Shown here: one piece after another, positions 10,337 through 22,000 of the stretch
Position numbering within the stretch: the stretch's first letter is position 1
Layout of the letters: each line of letters begins with the position of its first letter
Virus record (IMG/VR): IMGVR_UViG_2907208306_000002
Coordinates: 32,001 to 96,000 of that record
DNA length: 64,000 nt
Direction: 5' to 3' (one strand)
Source: a virus
Lineage: Duplodnaviria; Caudoviricetes
Notes under the pieces: model-generated
Told to the model about the DNA's origin: nothing
What the model saw: the letters and a program-made list of their open reading frames with translations, nothing else
Database searches by the model: none
Made by a program: the position numbers and the translations under genes

Positions 10337-10955
10337 TGTAGCATGGATTCAACTACCAAGAAGTATCATCAAGGACCCAAGGCTTAGCAGCTTAGAGTTC
10401 TGCATTTTAGCAAGGTTCAAATTTCTGCAGTTTGCTTCATCTGGAATGGGTAAATTTGAGATTGATCTAAATGAACTAAAACGAAGTCTTGAAGTTAATG
10501 ATAACAGAACCCTTAAAAAAGCATTGGACAACTTATATCAGTATAAATACATAAGCAAACAGGTGACCTTCAACAGAGGGAGACCGGTTGAAGTGATATT
10601 AGATTTAGACAAGATGAATTTGAACAATGACTTTACACAGTTGCCACTGAAACTGTTCTCTAAGGTGGGCGAGATTGGTCACCATGGCTTCAGACTGCTT
10701 TACTACTATGAGAGTTACGTCAATCGGAATAAAGACCATAAGCAATTTTGTTTTGCTGCCTTAGAGACTATAGAGAATGAAACGGGCATATCCAGGAAGA
10801 CCATAGTGAAGTACAACAAGATACTAGTTAAAGCAAAGTTACTACAGATCGACAGACATGAACTTGAAACAGACTATCAGTATGATGAAGCAGGGGAACT
10901 AATTTTCAATAAATATAATAACCACTATGAAGTGAGGCTGGAGAAGTTGCTCTAG
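10329..10955 (+). CDS. Tandem winged-HTH protein, putative replication initiator
   Basis: Two repeats of a Q-L-P...HTH unit; CFAALETIENETGISRKTIVKY; iterons lie immediately downstream. Confidence 0.6.
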   Translation: MSNVAWIQLPRSIIKDPRLSSLEFCILARFKFLQFASSGMGKFEIDLNELKRSLEVNDNRTLKKALDNLYQYKYISKQVTFNRGRPVEVILDLDKMNLNNDFTQLPLKLFSKVGEIGHHGFRLLYYYESYVNRNKDHKQFCFAALETIENETGISRKTIVKYNKILVKAKLLQIDRHELETDYQYDEAGELIFNKYNNHYEVRLEKLL

Positions 10956-10990
10956 CCTCTTTTTAACCCCCCCTGTAGGCCCATTTTTAC

Positions 10991-11077
10991 CTAAGTGTAA
11001 ATTATGCAGGAATCAGTGGAAATCATGCAGCTTCTAAGTGTAAAAAATGCAACTTCTAAGTGTAATTTATGCTGCAT
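10991..11077. repeat. Four iteron-like direct repeats (21-22 bp period), candidate origin
   Basis: CTAAGTGTAAATTATGCAG / ATCAGTGGAAATCATGCAG / CTAAGTGTAAAAAATGCAA / CTAAGTGTAATTTATGCTG, followed by an AT-rich tract at about 11078-11145. Confidence 0.75.
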
Positions 11078-11642
11078 AAAATACACTCTATATATATATT
11101 AAATATAAAGTATAAAATATAAGAAAAGATAACCAGTATTTAAAAGGGGGCCGGGAAAGATTCGCCCCTGTTTTTGTTGCTGTCTTTTTTGCTGGTGGGT
11201 GAGTTTTTGGAATTGGGGGGTAGATGATTTATTGGTTAGTTGTTTTTACCGATAAATTACAATGAAATTTGATGATGATTAGTTGGGGAAGGGTATTTGT
11301 ACCCATGGAGGGGGATATGTTGAAAATTTATGATTAATTAATTGTAATTTGAGGCTTAGAATCGATGTATGAGTGTAGGGTGAAGGTGAACACTCAGGAG
11401 GCAGTTATAGAGTTGTTGAAAATGTTTGAGTTGTTGTGTTGTGTGGGGTATGAGAGAACTTTATGAGGAGACTTGCTTATATTGCAATTAAATAATCAAT
11501 GAAATTGAGCATGGAATGTCTGGGTAGGGTGTTTGTATGGGTAAGGGTAGTAGTGTCCAAGATTCATGATAAATTAATTAGAAATTGGAGCGCAGAATCG
11601 ATGTTTAAAAGTCGAGTGGTCTACACTCCAATTGAAAGAACA

Positions 11643-12326
11643 CTATTTTGAGTTCAATGGGATCTCATCAATTAGTTCCGGATTAACATTCTTCACATTT
11701 CCCACCGATTTTGATACTGGATAAGAAATCATCTCTTCTGCAGGATATGGAGTTAACAAATCCAATAAAAGATCTTTGTCGGATGTCCCCTCATCAATCC
11801 AGATATTTAAATTCTCTTTGGTTAATATTACGGGCATTCTATCATGCACATCTTTAACAAGTGTGTTTGGTGTTGTGGTAATTATGGTACAACTTTGAAT
11901 GATATCCCCGGTTGGTGATTTCCACTGGTCATACAATCCTGCAAAGCCATATACCTTTTTTGTTTCAATCTGAAAACGATAAGGCTGCTTATCAGATCCG
12001 ATTTTCTTCCACTCATAAAAGCCGTCACTGGGAATAACTATTCGTTTATGAGCAATTAAATTTCTATATGCCGGTTTGGTTTGGAGAGTCTCTGCACGAG
12101 CATTAATCATGGAGAACCCAATTTTGATATCCTTTGCCCAAAACGGAACTAATCCCCATCTATACTCACTTAAGATACGCTTACCGTTTTCTTCGGTGAT
12201 TCCAAGGATCTTTTGAGACGGAGCAATATTATATCTTGGCTTATAATCCACATTAATGGATTCATCTATTGCAAACTCATTCATGATATTTTCAATGTCT
12301 GTTGTTAATGTAAATCTCCCGCACAT
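11643..12326 (-). CDS. SOS response-associated peptidase (SRAP/HMCES, YoqW-like)
   Basis: MCGRF N-terminus, RYNIAPSQ, INARAET, GFYEW, HDRMPVIL. Confidence 0.95.
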   Translation of the reverse strand: MCGRFTLTTDIENIMNEFAIDESINVDYKPRYNIAPSQKILGITEENGKRILSEYRWGLVPFWAKDIKIGFSMINARAETLQTKPAYRNLIAHKRIVIPSDGFYEWKKIGSDKQPYRFQIETKKVYGFAGLYDQWKSPTGDIIQSCTIITTTPNTLVKDVHDRMPVILTKENLNIWIDEGTSDKDLLLDLLTPYPAEEMISYPVSKSVGNVKNVNPELIDEIPLNSK

Positions 12327-13372
12327 GCTCATAACCCCCATTTGATAACTGTTTGTTATTATCTGTTTACCCAAATATGAAGAAATTAAGAATGAAAAGT
12401 TAACCAGGTTCAAATGTAAAGGGAGGAGATGTAGTGGGTTAACTAGTTTAGAAAGTATTGATCGCATTACGACAGTGTTACGATAGCATTTTGCGAGTAA
12501 GAGCTGAAAAAGTCAATAAATATAAGGGGAAATTGGGTCAGGGGGTATATGAATCGGGAGGTGAGATCGTAAAAAGTGATATGGGATAAGAGAAAAATGG
12601 TGATTTGGAGGCGAAATAGGGGGAGGATGGAGAGAATACGTAAAAAAGTAAGGTGAAAAAGTGCTTAATTTATAAGGGGAAAATGGAGAAGGAACGATTG
12701 CATTTACGATTGCAGATTAGGTGAAAATGACGGAAATAAGTGGAAATGAAGGAGGGGGAGATGAAAATTTAAGTTGGGTGTGGAGATGGAAGTGCTGCCG
12801 GACTTTTTTGCATTTTTGCCATATTTTGGACTTTTAACTATCCCCCCACTCCCTTTATAGATGGTACATAAGATATATTGTATGCCATTTAGAGATAAGG
12901 AGGAGGTAAACCAATCCAGGACACCGGATTGAAAAGAAATGAAAGAAGTTTGAAAATTTTCACTCAAAAAGGGGATAGAAAAGCTCAATTTGGCTGCTCC
13001 TAGTCATATAGGAGGAGGGGGTATGCATATTCGTATAGTAACAGCGGAATTTTTGGCTTAGACTTATTATAGGTTGTATCTATCACATTATATCTATCCA
13101 TAGATCACATCTATATCATTACACTGACTTACACTATCGTTCCATTCACTCATACTCGCATATTATCGTTTATCTATAGTTTATATCTATATAATAATCC
13201 AACTCTATAGACAACATCTATAATGTAATATTCAATCACACCATACCTAATCTCTAATCTTAATTATAAATAAATATAAATATAGTATTTAAATTTCAAA
13301 TCATCCATGTTATAATTAAATAGTGTATATTCATCTCACATTTCATAATATCCAAATATAAGGAGGAGTTAA

Positions 13373-14299
13373 ATGATAGTTCACCCAGCATTCAATAATG
13401 ACAATCCATTGTATTCATGCAAGGTTACCGAGCTTCTTTCTAACCGAGATAACATACAGGGAGGAGGAGTTTATCAGATTAGAAACGTATCAAACAATAA
13501 AGTATACATAGGTAGCACCAAGAATTTTTATGATCGATTTAAGCAACACTATTATAGTTTAATCAACAACGCTAATGTATCTAAGCTTCAGAATGATTGG
13601 AATAGCCATGGTATTGATAAGCCTTTTACTTTTGATATACTTAAAGTTGTGAGTGACAATACTGATAGGGAAATGCTTTACAACCTGGAACAAGTATATT
13701 TAAATGAACATCGACCATTTGAATGTGGTTATAACACAATTAAGGAATCAGAAAGTACTGTCAAATATAAAAGCAGTAATAAAAGATTGAACAATATTAA
13801 GATGACTAAAGAACTTGAAATAGCCAGATATGAATGTCTTGAATACTTAAAGGATAATGCCAATAAACTTGTTGAAGCTGTATTTCAATATGAAGAAAAG
13901 AAGATGACTCCATTTGTTTATGATAAGTTGATTAAACTATACACCATCTTTCCATGTTTCTATCGTGCTGTATTAGATTATGTTGTACCACAATTCCCAG
14001 ACATGGAATGCAAACTAAAAATTATTGCATGGACAATTTATCTAAGAGATGACAATTGGCCACAGTTTAGAATAAGAGGGCAGGATAATAATCAAGACTT
14101 CATACGCTATGATATATCTTATGATCAATTAATTGAACTCCAACAGACATTAAACTTAGCTTATTATGATATTTTCAAACTCATATTCACGAACCAAGTT
14201 AGTTTCAACAAAATATCTATTGTTGAGAATAAGCGCAAAAGAAAAGGATCTAAACGATCAGCAGCATCAACAAAGAAAAGAATGTTGAAAATAAAATAA
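13373..14299 (+). CDS. GIY-YIG endonuclease
   Basis: GVYQIRN...KVYIGST...RFKQH. Confidence 0.8.
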   Translation: MIVHPAFNNDNPLYSCKVTELLSNRDNIQGGGVYQIRNVSNNKVYIGSTKNFYDRFKQHYYSLINNANVSKLQNDWNSHGIDKPFTFDILKVVSDNTDREMLYNLEQVYLNEHRPFECGYNTIKESESTVKYKSSNKRLNNIKMTKELEIARYECLEYLKDNANKLVEAVFQYEEKKMTPFVYDKLIKLYTIFPCFYRAVLDYVVPQFPDMECKLKIIAWTIYLRDDNWPQFRIRGQDNNQDFIRYDISYDQLIELQQTLNLAYYDIFKLIFTNQVSFNKISIVENKRKRKGSKRSAASTKKRMLKIK

Positions 14300-14329
14300 A
14301 TATATATGTTATATATAAGGAGAAATTAA

Positions 14330-15280
14330 ATGATCGACACATCAAAACTTTATAGTGGTCAACTTTTCAAGAACTATAAAGAATTATGTATGTTTCTTGA
14401 TGAGCCAATCAAGACAGCAGGAACCAAGTTAAAGCAGCTTGATGAGTTATCTAAGCATTGTTTATTTAATATTGCTAACAACAAAGAAATATATATTCAT
14501 CTGGTGTATGATGAGCCATTAGAACTCTCTCATACTAAATTTATTCTGAACAGGTTGGAACGTTATGTAATTGAGCATTACTTTATGTATGATAATGAAG
14601 ATAGAGTATTTATTCCTTTCGATAATATTAAAAGGATTACTCTGGATATAATCGAGGATCTGCAGAATTGTCTTTCTAAGTCTTATGACATTGATATGAA
14701 CATCGTTACACAATGCTTTAATGTTGATGATAATTCATTGCATAAATACATTGAGAAAATACTCAAGAAGCTAAATGGTCAATGTATAATCTATTGGACA
14801 CCCCAAAATAAGACCAGCACAGAGTATAGTATTATAGTTAACACATATTACTTTCAAAAGCAGATAATTAAAGAAGACATACTTAAACTGAACCTTTCGA
14901 AATATAAAATAAATATAGATGAATACAATGAAAATGTGCAAGGTATATACGCTATTTTTAATAAAGCTACAGGTAAAATTTATATCGGAAGTTCAATTAA
15001 TATACATAAGAGGATAGCACAACATATTGTTTTACTAAGCACCAATGGCCACTGTAATTCAGAATTGCAAAAAGATTACGCTAATTGTTCAACGGATTTT
15101 GAATTCATACTTATAGAGGAAGTTAACCACATTCCCGATTTGCCAAGTAACGAATCAAGTTGGATAAATATATTTGGTGGTCGCTTCAGCCAGAATGTCT
15201 ACAATCGATCTAATCCAACGAAGGAAGAAGGAGTAATAAAGGTAAGAAATGAAATTTATAGGAGGAGAACATATCAATAA
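14330..15280 (+). CDS. GIY-YIG endonuclease (C-terminal nuclease domain)
   Basis: GIYAIFN...KIYIGSS...RIAQH. Confidence 0.8.
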   Translation: MIDTSKLYSGQLFKNYKELCMFLDEPIKTAGTKLKQLDELSKHCLFNIANNKEIYIHLVYDEPLELSHTKFILNRLERYVIEHYFMYDNEDRVFIPFDNIKRITLDIIEDLQNCLSKSYDIDMNIVTQCFNVDDNSLHKYIEKILKKLNGQCIIYWTPQNKTSTEYSIIVNTYYFQKQIIKEDILKLNLSKYKINIDEYNENVQGIYAIFNKATGKIYIGSSINIHKRIAQHIVLLSTNGHCNSELQKDYANCSTDFEFILIEEVNHIPDLPSNESSWINIFGGRFSQNVYNRSNPTKEEGVIKVRNEIYRRRTYQ

Positions 15281-15349
15281 AAGTTAAGTGTATAATTGAC
15301 TAAATGATAAACAACATAATACAATCCATCTAAAAAGGAGCAGGAGAAC

Positions 15350-15775
15350 ATGAGCCTTACAAAATGTGTTGAATGTGGATCTAATGAGTTTAAACCAATT
15401 GAATACACAATGGAGCACCAGGAGAACGATAAAACGTTAGTTATCGAAAATATCCCAGCTGTACAATGCAATAACTGTAATGAAATCTATATCACTGCAG
15501 AAGGTAGCAAATACATTGATAAACAATTAGCAATATTCAGAAATGAAGGATTTGAAAATGCTGCCAAAGAGGTAATCAAGAATAAAGGTATTACTCAGGA
15601 ACAATTAGGGAACGCCTTAAACGTCACTAAGCAACGTGCTAATCAAATTTTGTCTGATGGTAATCTAGATGCACAAACAATGATCAAAGTATCTAAAGCA
15701 GTCAATGAACCGGTAGAGGTATTGTTTAAGTTCAGAAGGATTACCCAGAAGAATGATAAATATTACATTGTATAA
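15350..15775 (+). CDS. MqsA-like protein (YgiT-type Zn finger plus Xre HTH)
   Basis: CxxC...IENIPAVQCxxC followed by an HTH (ITQEQLGNALNVTKQRAN). Confidence 0.8.
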   Translation: MSLTKCVECGSNEFKPIEYTMEHQENDKTLVIENIPAVQCNNCNEIYITAEGSKYIDKQLAIFRNEGFENAAKEVIKNKGITQEQLGNALNVTKQRANQILSDGNLDAQTMIKVSKAVNEPVEVLFKFRRITQKNDKYYIV

Positions 15776-15801
15776 CCGCTAAAACAGGCGGTTATTTTTT
15801 T
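15772..15801 (+). terminator. Rho-independent terminator
   Basis: ATAACCGC...GCGGTTAT followed by a T-tract. Confidence 0.8.
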
Positions 15802-15832
15802 ATAAAACATTCGAATAAAGTAAAGTAATTGC

Positions 15833-15860
15833 TTGACTTTATTAATAAAATAATTATAAT
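15833..15860 (+). promoter_or_regulatory. sigA-type early promoter
   Basis: TTGACT-N16-TATAAT with AAAGTAAA upstream. Confidence 0.6.
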
Positions 15861-15898
15861 AATATATATAAGGAATAAACAAAAGGAGATGTTAATAA

Positions 15899-16546
15899 AT
15901 GAACTTCAATCAACTTTCCCAAATGGAACAAATGGATTATCTGTCTGAGCTTCTGGCAAATGAAATCTTTAATCTTGGTGAACTGCCGTACCATAAATTA
16001 TTACTTGGTCAGCAATTGACGGTTAAGAAAGGTTTTCATGAATCCCTGAAAGCTGAAAACATTCAAATTACAGACGTTCTTATCAAAGTAGTAGAGGAGG
16101 AGTTTGCAGGTTCTCCGATGGCTTCATTCCTTCGTGAGTATGGGTATTCCATTACTCAATCCAGTGAATTTACCGAAGTTGTGGAGCAGCTCACACCAGA
16201 ACGTAAAGTTACACTTATCAAGTTTTCGGAGTTTGGTTTCCCTGTGTTTATTAATACAGTTATTAACAGTGTAGAGGTTAAACCTTACGCACAATATAAT
16301 GAGTCTTTGCGTATCATCCACAAACCTAAAAAGAAACGGTCTTTGTGGCAAAATATCATTCTGCCTAAAGATGAACTACTTGTGTATGATGGTTGGTTAA
16401 ATGTTGATCTGGATATCATCACTAAAGAAACCATAAAGGAAAATGAATCAGTAAAAGTGACTCAATCTAAATATTCCAGTTTTGACCGTACTTTTATTGC
16501 TGATATTGTTTCTGCACTTGGTCAACCTATTGCAAAAGTTAATTGA
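15899..16546 (+). CDS. Hypothetical early protein
   Basis: 215-aa ORF, RBS AAAGGAG. Confidence 0.7.
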   Translation: MNFNQLSQMEQMDYLSELLANEIFNLGELPYHKLLLGQQLTVKKGFHESLKAENIQITDVLIKVVEEEFAGSPMASFLREYGYSITQSSEFTEVVEQLTPERKVTLIKFSEFGFPVFINTVINSVEVKPYAQYNESLRIIHKPKKKRSLWQNIILPKDELLVYDGWLNVDLDIITKETIKENESVKVTQSKYSSFDRTFIADIVSALGQPIAKVN

Positions 16547-16638
16547 TTCAATCAATAAAACAACTATATACATAATATGAATTACGTGCTATAATTAAGT
16601 ATATTCAAAAAACGGATAATACATAGGAGGTTGTTAAA

Positions 16639-18960
16639 ATGTGGTACGGTGACAAAAGAGAAGCTAAGGTAAATATCATGGGTAAATTAGTTGATGCAGG
16701 TTGGAAAGTATTTGGTTATTCTCCTGATCAATCAGACAGCATGACTGATTATTATGATCCTGCGTCCTGGTCTGGTGTAGCTACTAAGAATGGCTATGTA
16801 TTGTTGATCGATATTTATAGTTTACATGATTCTGGTCGTGAAGTTCGCAAATACAACTATAACAATAAAACATATGTTTCCAATGCACGTATTGAAAAAC
16901 TGAAAGCCATGATGAATGATCCAGCATCCACAGAAAACGAAAAAGCATCTTGTGCAACTTTGATTGAGAAGGAAATCGAAAAATCTAATGTTGAACCAAC
17001 TTATACGGTAGTGGAAACCTATCCAACATTTATGTACGCTAATCCAAGGGGGACAACTTGGCACATTGAAAAAGACGGTCAAATTATCGCAAAAGGTAAA
17101 GGCGTATTCTCCACAAATACATATGATTGGGAAAACAAAGAGTTAAACAGCACACAGCAAAAGGAAATTAAAATCAATGCATTTGTTGAACGTATCGAAA
17201 AGGTATTGAAGGATTCCGATGCATTGCAAGCTCATGTAATTAAGGTTCCAGTTAAGACAATTAAAGCAGTTGAAAAAGATGTCACTTCTATTACTGATGC
17301 AGATATCAAAGAAGGCTTTACATTTGTAATGAAAGTAGCCTATACACACGGAAATGGTAAGGGCACGAAATATTCTTTAGTTTATAAAGATGAACAATAT
17401 AATAAATATCATACCTTCGCTAAACTTGGAAAAACAAACAAACCTTCTAAAAGTATTGATAAATCTTGGAGTTTGTCCGTAGAGCGCATTAATGAATTAC
17501 TGGGTAAAGGTCATATTGCTATTATCGAATTTGTTGAAGTTACAGAATACCAAGAAAAGACAGTATTTAAAAAAACATCTCGCAAACAAACAGTTTCTAA
17601 TGCTCCAGCAATCGAAACAACGGAAGAAGTAAAAGAAACAGTAAACAACACAGAAGAAAACGAAGTTGCAGAACCGGCGACATCTAGACAGTTATGGGCA
17701 TTACATTGTGCAACTAAACTTGATACTAGAGAATTGAAAATTAGTAAAACAAAAGCCTCCGAACTGATTACTAAATCAAAGGCAGGACATAGCATCATTG
17801 AGGAAGTAAAAGTCTACATGAACACTAATGAAACGGTAGCACCTAACGAAGCAAAATCAAATAACGAAGAAGCTCAAACAGAAGCAAAAGAAGAGCAAAG
17901 CCAAGTGAAGTACATTTCTAAAATTAATAAGCAATTTGAAACAGTACAAAAGAAACTAGATTCTATTTCTGGCGAATATCTAACCAACACTTGGAAACGT
18001 CAAAATGAAGAAGCTTCTAGAGACGAAAAGAGGGAACAATACCGTTTTGATATTTCTTTGTTAAATCTGTTCAAAGAAAAGGCATCTAATAATGAAATGT
18101 CGTCTTTTGAAATAGCTTTACTAAATGGTGCTTTCCGCGAAGATATTAGAAGTAAATACAATTCAAAAATGAAACATAATTATGATATTAAATACCCAGA
18201 AATTGATCCTAAGTTAGACCTAAGTGGATGGTGGAATGTTGAAGTTCCTAAACGTCAAAAGCGATATAATAAAGCTAATATATACAATACAGAACAACTG
18301 ATCGAAGCAGTAAACCAATATGGAGAACTAGTAAAAGCAATCGAAACACCTGTAAATCCTGTTCAGCAGCAAATTAAAAAGCTTGAGAATGATGTTAAAT
18401 TAAGTAAAATACCTGGATACTTCCCAACTCCAAAAACAATTGTTCAATATATGATCGAGATGGCAGATATACAAGACGGTGAGACTATTTTAGAGCCGTC
18501 GGCAGGGAATGGAAACATTTTAGATGGGATAACACAATACACAATGGAAGAGGGTTTAGGCGTAAATCTAGAGGCTTTAGAATGGAATTATAGACTGTCC
18601 GAGATACTGGAACTAAAACAATATAAGATTGTGGGTAATGATTTCACAGAATTCGAACCAAATAATCTTTATGACAAGATTATTATGAATCCACCTTTTG
18701 AGAAAAACCAAGATGTTGAACACGTATTAAAGGCTTATGAGTGTTTGAAAGATGGAGGTAAAATAGTTGCTATCATGTCTCCACATTGGACCTTTGCAAG
18801 CGATTCTAAAAGCGTTCAGTTCCGTGAATGGCTCAGTGATAAGGGGACAACCGAAAAGCTTCCAGAGGGGTCATTTAAAGAGTCTGGGACGGGAGTAAAT
18901 ACTGTTTTAGTGGTCATTGATAAGCCATACAATAATACAAGTGAGCAATTAGCGGGTTAA
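16639..18960 (+). CDS. Multidomain protein with a C-terminal amino (probably N6-adenine) DNA methyltransferase
   Basis: YFPTP, ILEPSAGNG (motif I), IIMNPPF (motif IV), FKESGTGV; about 580-aa unassigned N-terminal region. Confidence 0.85.
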   Translation: MWYGDKREAKVNIMGKLVDAGWKVFGYSPDQSDSMTDYYDPASWSGVATKNGYVLLIDIYSLHDSGREVRKYNYNNKTYVSNARIEKLKAMMNDPASTENEKASCATLIEKEIEKSNVEPTYTVVETYPTFMYANPRGTTWHIEKDGQIIAKGKGVFSTNTYDWENKELNSTQQKEIKINAFVERIEKVLKDSDALQAHVIKVPVKTIKAVEKDVTSITDADIKEGFTFVMKVAYTHGNGKGTKYSLVYKDEQYNKYHTFAKLGKTNKPSKSIDKSWSLSVERINELLGKGHIAIIEFVEVTEYQEKTVFKKTSRKQTVSNAPAIETTEEVKETVNNTEENEVAEPATSRQLWALHCATKLDTRELKISKTKASELITKSKAGHSIIEEVKVYMNTNETVAPNEAKSNNEEAQTEAKEEQSQVKYISKINKQFETVQKKLDSISGEYLTNTWKRQNEEASRDEKREQYRFDISLLNLFKEKASNNEMSSFEIALLNGAFREDIRSKYNSKMKHNYDIKYPEIDPKLDLSGWWNVEVPKRQKRYNKANIYNTEQLIEAVNQYGELVKAIETPVNPVQQQIKKLENDVKLSKIPGYFPTPKTIVQYMIEMADIQDGETILEPSAGNGNILDGITQYTMEEGLGVNLEALEWNYRLSEILELKQYKIVGNDFTEFEPNNLYDKIIMNPPFEKNQDVEHVLKAYECLKDGGKIVAIMSPHWTFASDSKSVQFREWLSDKGTTEKLPEGSFKESGTGVNTVLVVIDKPYNNTSEQLAG

Positions 18961-18980
18961 AATAAAAGTAAAACGAACAC

Positions 18981-19009
18981 TTGACTTTTTCTTATAAAGT
19001 AAATATAAT
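18981..19009 (+). promoter_or_regulatory. sigA-type early promoter
   Basis: TTGACT-N17-TATAAT with AAAAGTAAAA upstream. Confidence 0.7.
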
Positions 19010-19029
19010 GATAATATAAAGTTTATTCA

Positions 19030-22000
19030 TTGGAGGCGGTAGAGATGACGGGTGAAAATTTTAAAGGTTTGAACCGTAAAAACTCAGCAATCGAAAAATT
19101 AAAAGAGGAATTACAAAGTGCAAAAGAATCCTTTACTAAGTATGCAAAAAATGCTGATGAAGAAAGTTGGTCTTTTATTACACTGAATAAACTAGAAAAT
19201 GAAATTATGGAGTTAGAATATGAATTGGATTGTGCTATTTATGAAGACAATCGAAGAAGAAACTGGAAGTGACCGGGTCATTGTTAGATAGATAACATAA
19301 TGAAATGCGAATTTTATAAGGAGTTGAATACCCATGAATTTTAAACCGTTATCTATTTACCTGATCGACTATGGAACGCATACCAAACTTGCTACATTTA
19401 GGATCAAACAAAAGAACTTAAATCATTTCTTTGATGTTGATGGAGAGTTTTCATTATCGGACGAATTCCTTAAAAGAGGAGTTATTGTAGTGACAGAGCT
19501 TGAAGAAGATGAGGAAGGCATATTCTAAAAGTAGGCAGCGAAAATATTTAAAAAGTAAAATAAATACTTGACTTAAACCAATAAAACAAATATAATAATA
19601 ATATAAAGTAAATAAGTAATTGAAATACTCATTTTATAAGGAGTTGAATGAGATGAAAGTTTCTCAATCCAAAGTATTGCACAAAGAAGGCTCTGTAAGA
19701 ACTAGAGTAGTATATCAAAATAAGAAAGGCTACTACTGTACCGTTGAAGCAAAACGAATATATTTAATAAAAGAAGACGGAATAGTTAATGAGGGGATTT
19801 CAAAAGGGATACAATATGAATTCAAGGAAAATAGCTTATAAAAGAGTGATTTTATAGTGATATGAAAAATTAAAAATTGGAGGAATTTAATATGAACACC
19901 GATTCCGTTAAAGCGAGAAGTTTATTAAAAACAGCAAAGCAAGATATCTTAAAAATGTATGGATGGACAGCAAAAGATTATTCTGCACGTATTTCAGAAA
20001 CCAAACAAGGGTTGAAGTTGAATATTAAGTTATTAGTTCCCAGAAAGGGATTTAAAACAATCTGTGATTTTTTGATTGATAAAGTAGGCACAAGACACAG
20101 CCATGTAGATGTTATGCATAAGTCAGTTTTATCACAGGTTGAGTCTATAATTGAACAGGAAGTTGAAAAGGGCATTGATTATGGTTCAATCTCCAGTATG
20201 GACTGGATAGTATATTCAACAGAGGGTTCTAGAAAAGTACAGAACTCGACAATTAGATTTATGAATAGTTTATATGATTACTCAATAGCTTAATTAGTGA
20301 ATAAAATTCTTGTTTCATTAAAATAAAAATAGGCAGGATAAGAATACTTATGATTGATTCAAAAATTATCATGATGATTCACAATGAAAAAGAGAGCATT
20401 AAGCAAAAGCAAAGGCAACTACTCATCAAATATGGATTCGGCAAGCATTCCAGAGATATTGATAAACAAATCACAGTGTCATTCTTTAGAATGGCAGAGG
20501 AGAGTCAAGAGGATTTAAACTCCTTCATTGATTTAGAAAAGGAATATGTTTGCTGTAACAGTAGGTTAGTTAGTTTGAGGATGAGTAAGCGTGAAGTATT
20601 AAATTCAAGGTAAAATGCTTATTTTACCAAACATCATTGCTCAAGCATCTAACGCTAACATATAATCAGAGTGGATAAATTAACTCTGGAGGCTCATAAA
20701 CTCATGGTGTGGACTATATTAGGCATAATCTTAGGTGTTCTTTCAGTGTTATCATTAGTTTTAGGTATGATAAGTTTATTTAATAAAGAGGATTATTCCT
20801 TTACTGGAAGTCGAAGTTATAATAATATGAGTCCATTTATGATGACCATTGTTTATGGAATATTGGCCTATATTATGTTTACGGTGAAATAAGAAGTAAA
20901 TAAATTCTTTAAAAGTAAAAATACATTGGAGGATAAGTAATGAATATCGATCAAAAACAAATTGAAAAGATGTGGCAGGAGCTCAAAGAGGTTTCTTTTG
21001 ATGAAGATTACGAAAATCAAGCCTTATACCTTGCTGAAGATTGGAAGCACTTTAAAGAGGGAACATACCAGGAGGAAATACTGCAATGGTTTGACGAAAA
21101 CTATAGTAAGGGTGCTTCAGTTTTCAACCATTAAACGATATGGGAGGGTTACAAATGAATCCACTCTTTAAAAAGGTAATCAAGATTTTAAAAGCGCACG
21201 ATATTGAGTTTACTGTCGAAGGCAGTACGATCCTAACGGCTCTTTGCTCTATAGAAATCGGTATGAATGAAGTCAAAGTAAATGACAAACCGGTTAATAT
21301 AGACGGTTTATGGATCACTATAGCAGCCATTGAGGGGAGGTAGGCGGAAGGGTAGCAGAGAGGTCAAGGCCTCAAAAAAACGGCCAGAAACAATTCATAC
21401 ATCCACGATTTTTCTGAATGAAGGGTTACTTTTATCATCTCTCAAAAATGCGAAATTACATATAATAGCGAGCATATTTTGTTTGGGGGATATTTTACAT
21501 AACAGCCAGCACTTTTTCTTTGACCGAAAGTTTTAATTGAGAGGCGGGAACGAGATGAACAAATTTATTAAGCGATTCACCTTTGAAAGTGTTGTATTAT
21601 ACTCGCTTTGTGCAGTCCCTTGGATGGTCTCTATTGTTAAAGCAGTTAATTAAATTAACATACATAAAATAGTTAATATGAATAGAGGAGGGCTCATGCA
21701 CAAAGTGACGTTGACCAACGCCGAAATAGCCGAATACACTAAGAACCGCCAGGCAATCCGGGACAGTCGAACGCGGTTTGAGGTACGATATCATACCGAA
21801 ATGTGTCTCGGTATTTTGCAGCGTGGCCGAAACCGGTACATAGATAGTTTGGAACATGAGATTACGGAATCAAGTAGCGATGATATTTAAATAAAGCAAC
21901 GATTTTACAGAGAAATGGGGCGAAGATCCGTGGACAAATATGTGATTAAAACGAATCAAGGTTACGTAAAAAATATATTAAAAAGTAAAATCCTTTATAC

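Noticed and set aside
10991-11077. Possible mini CRISPR array
   Set aside because: The repeats are tandem with a 21-22-bp period and no unique spacers, and there are no cas genes; they fit iterons better
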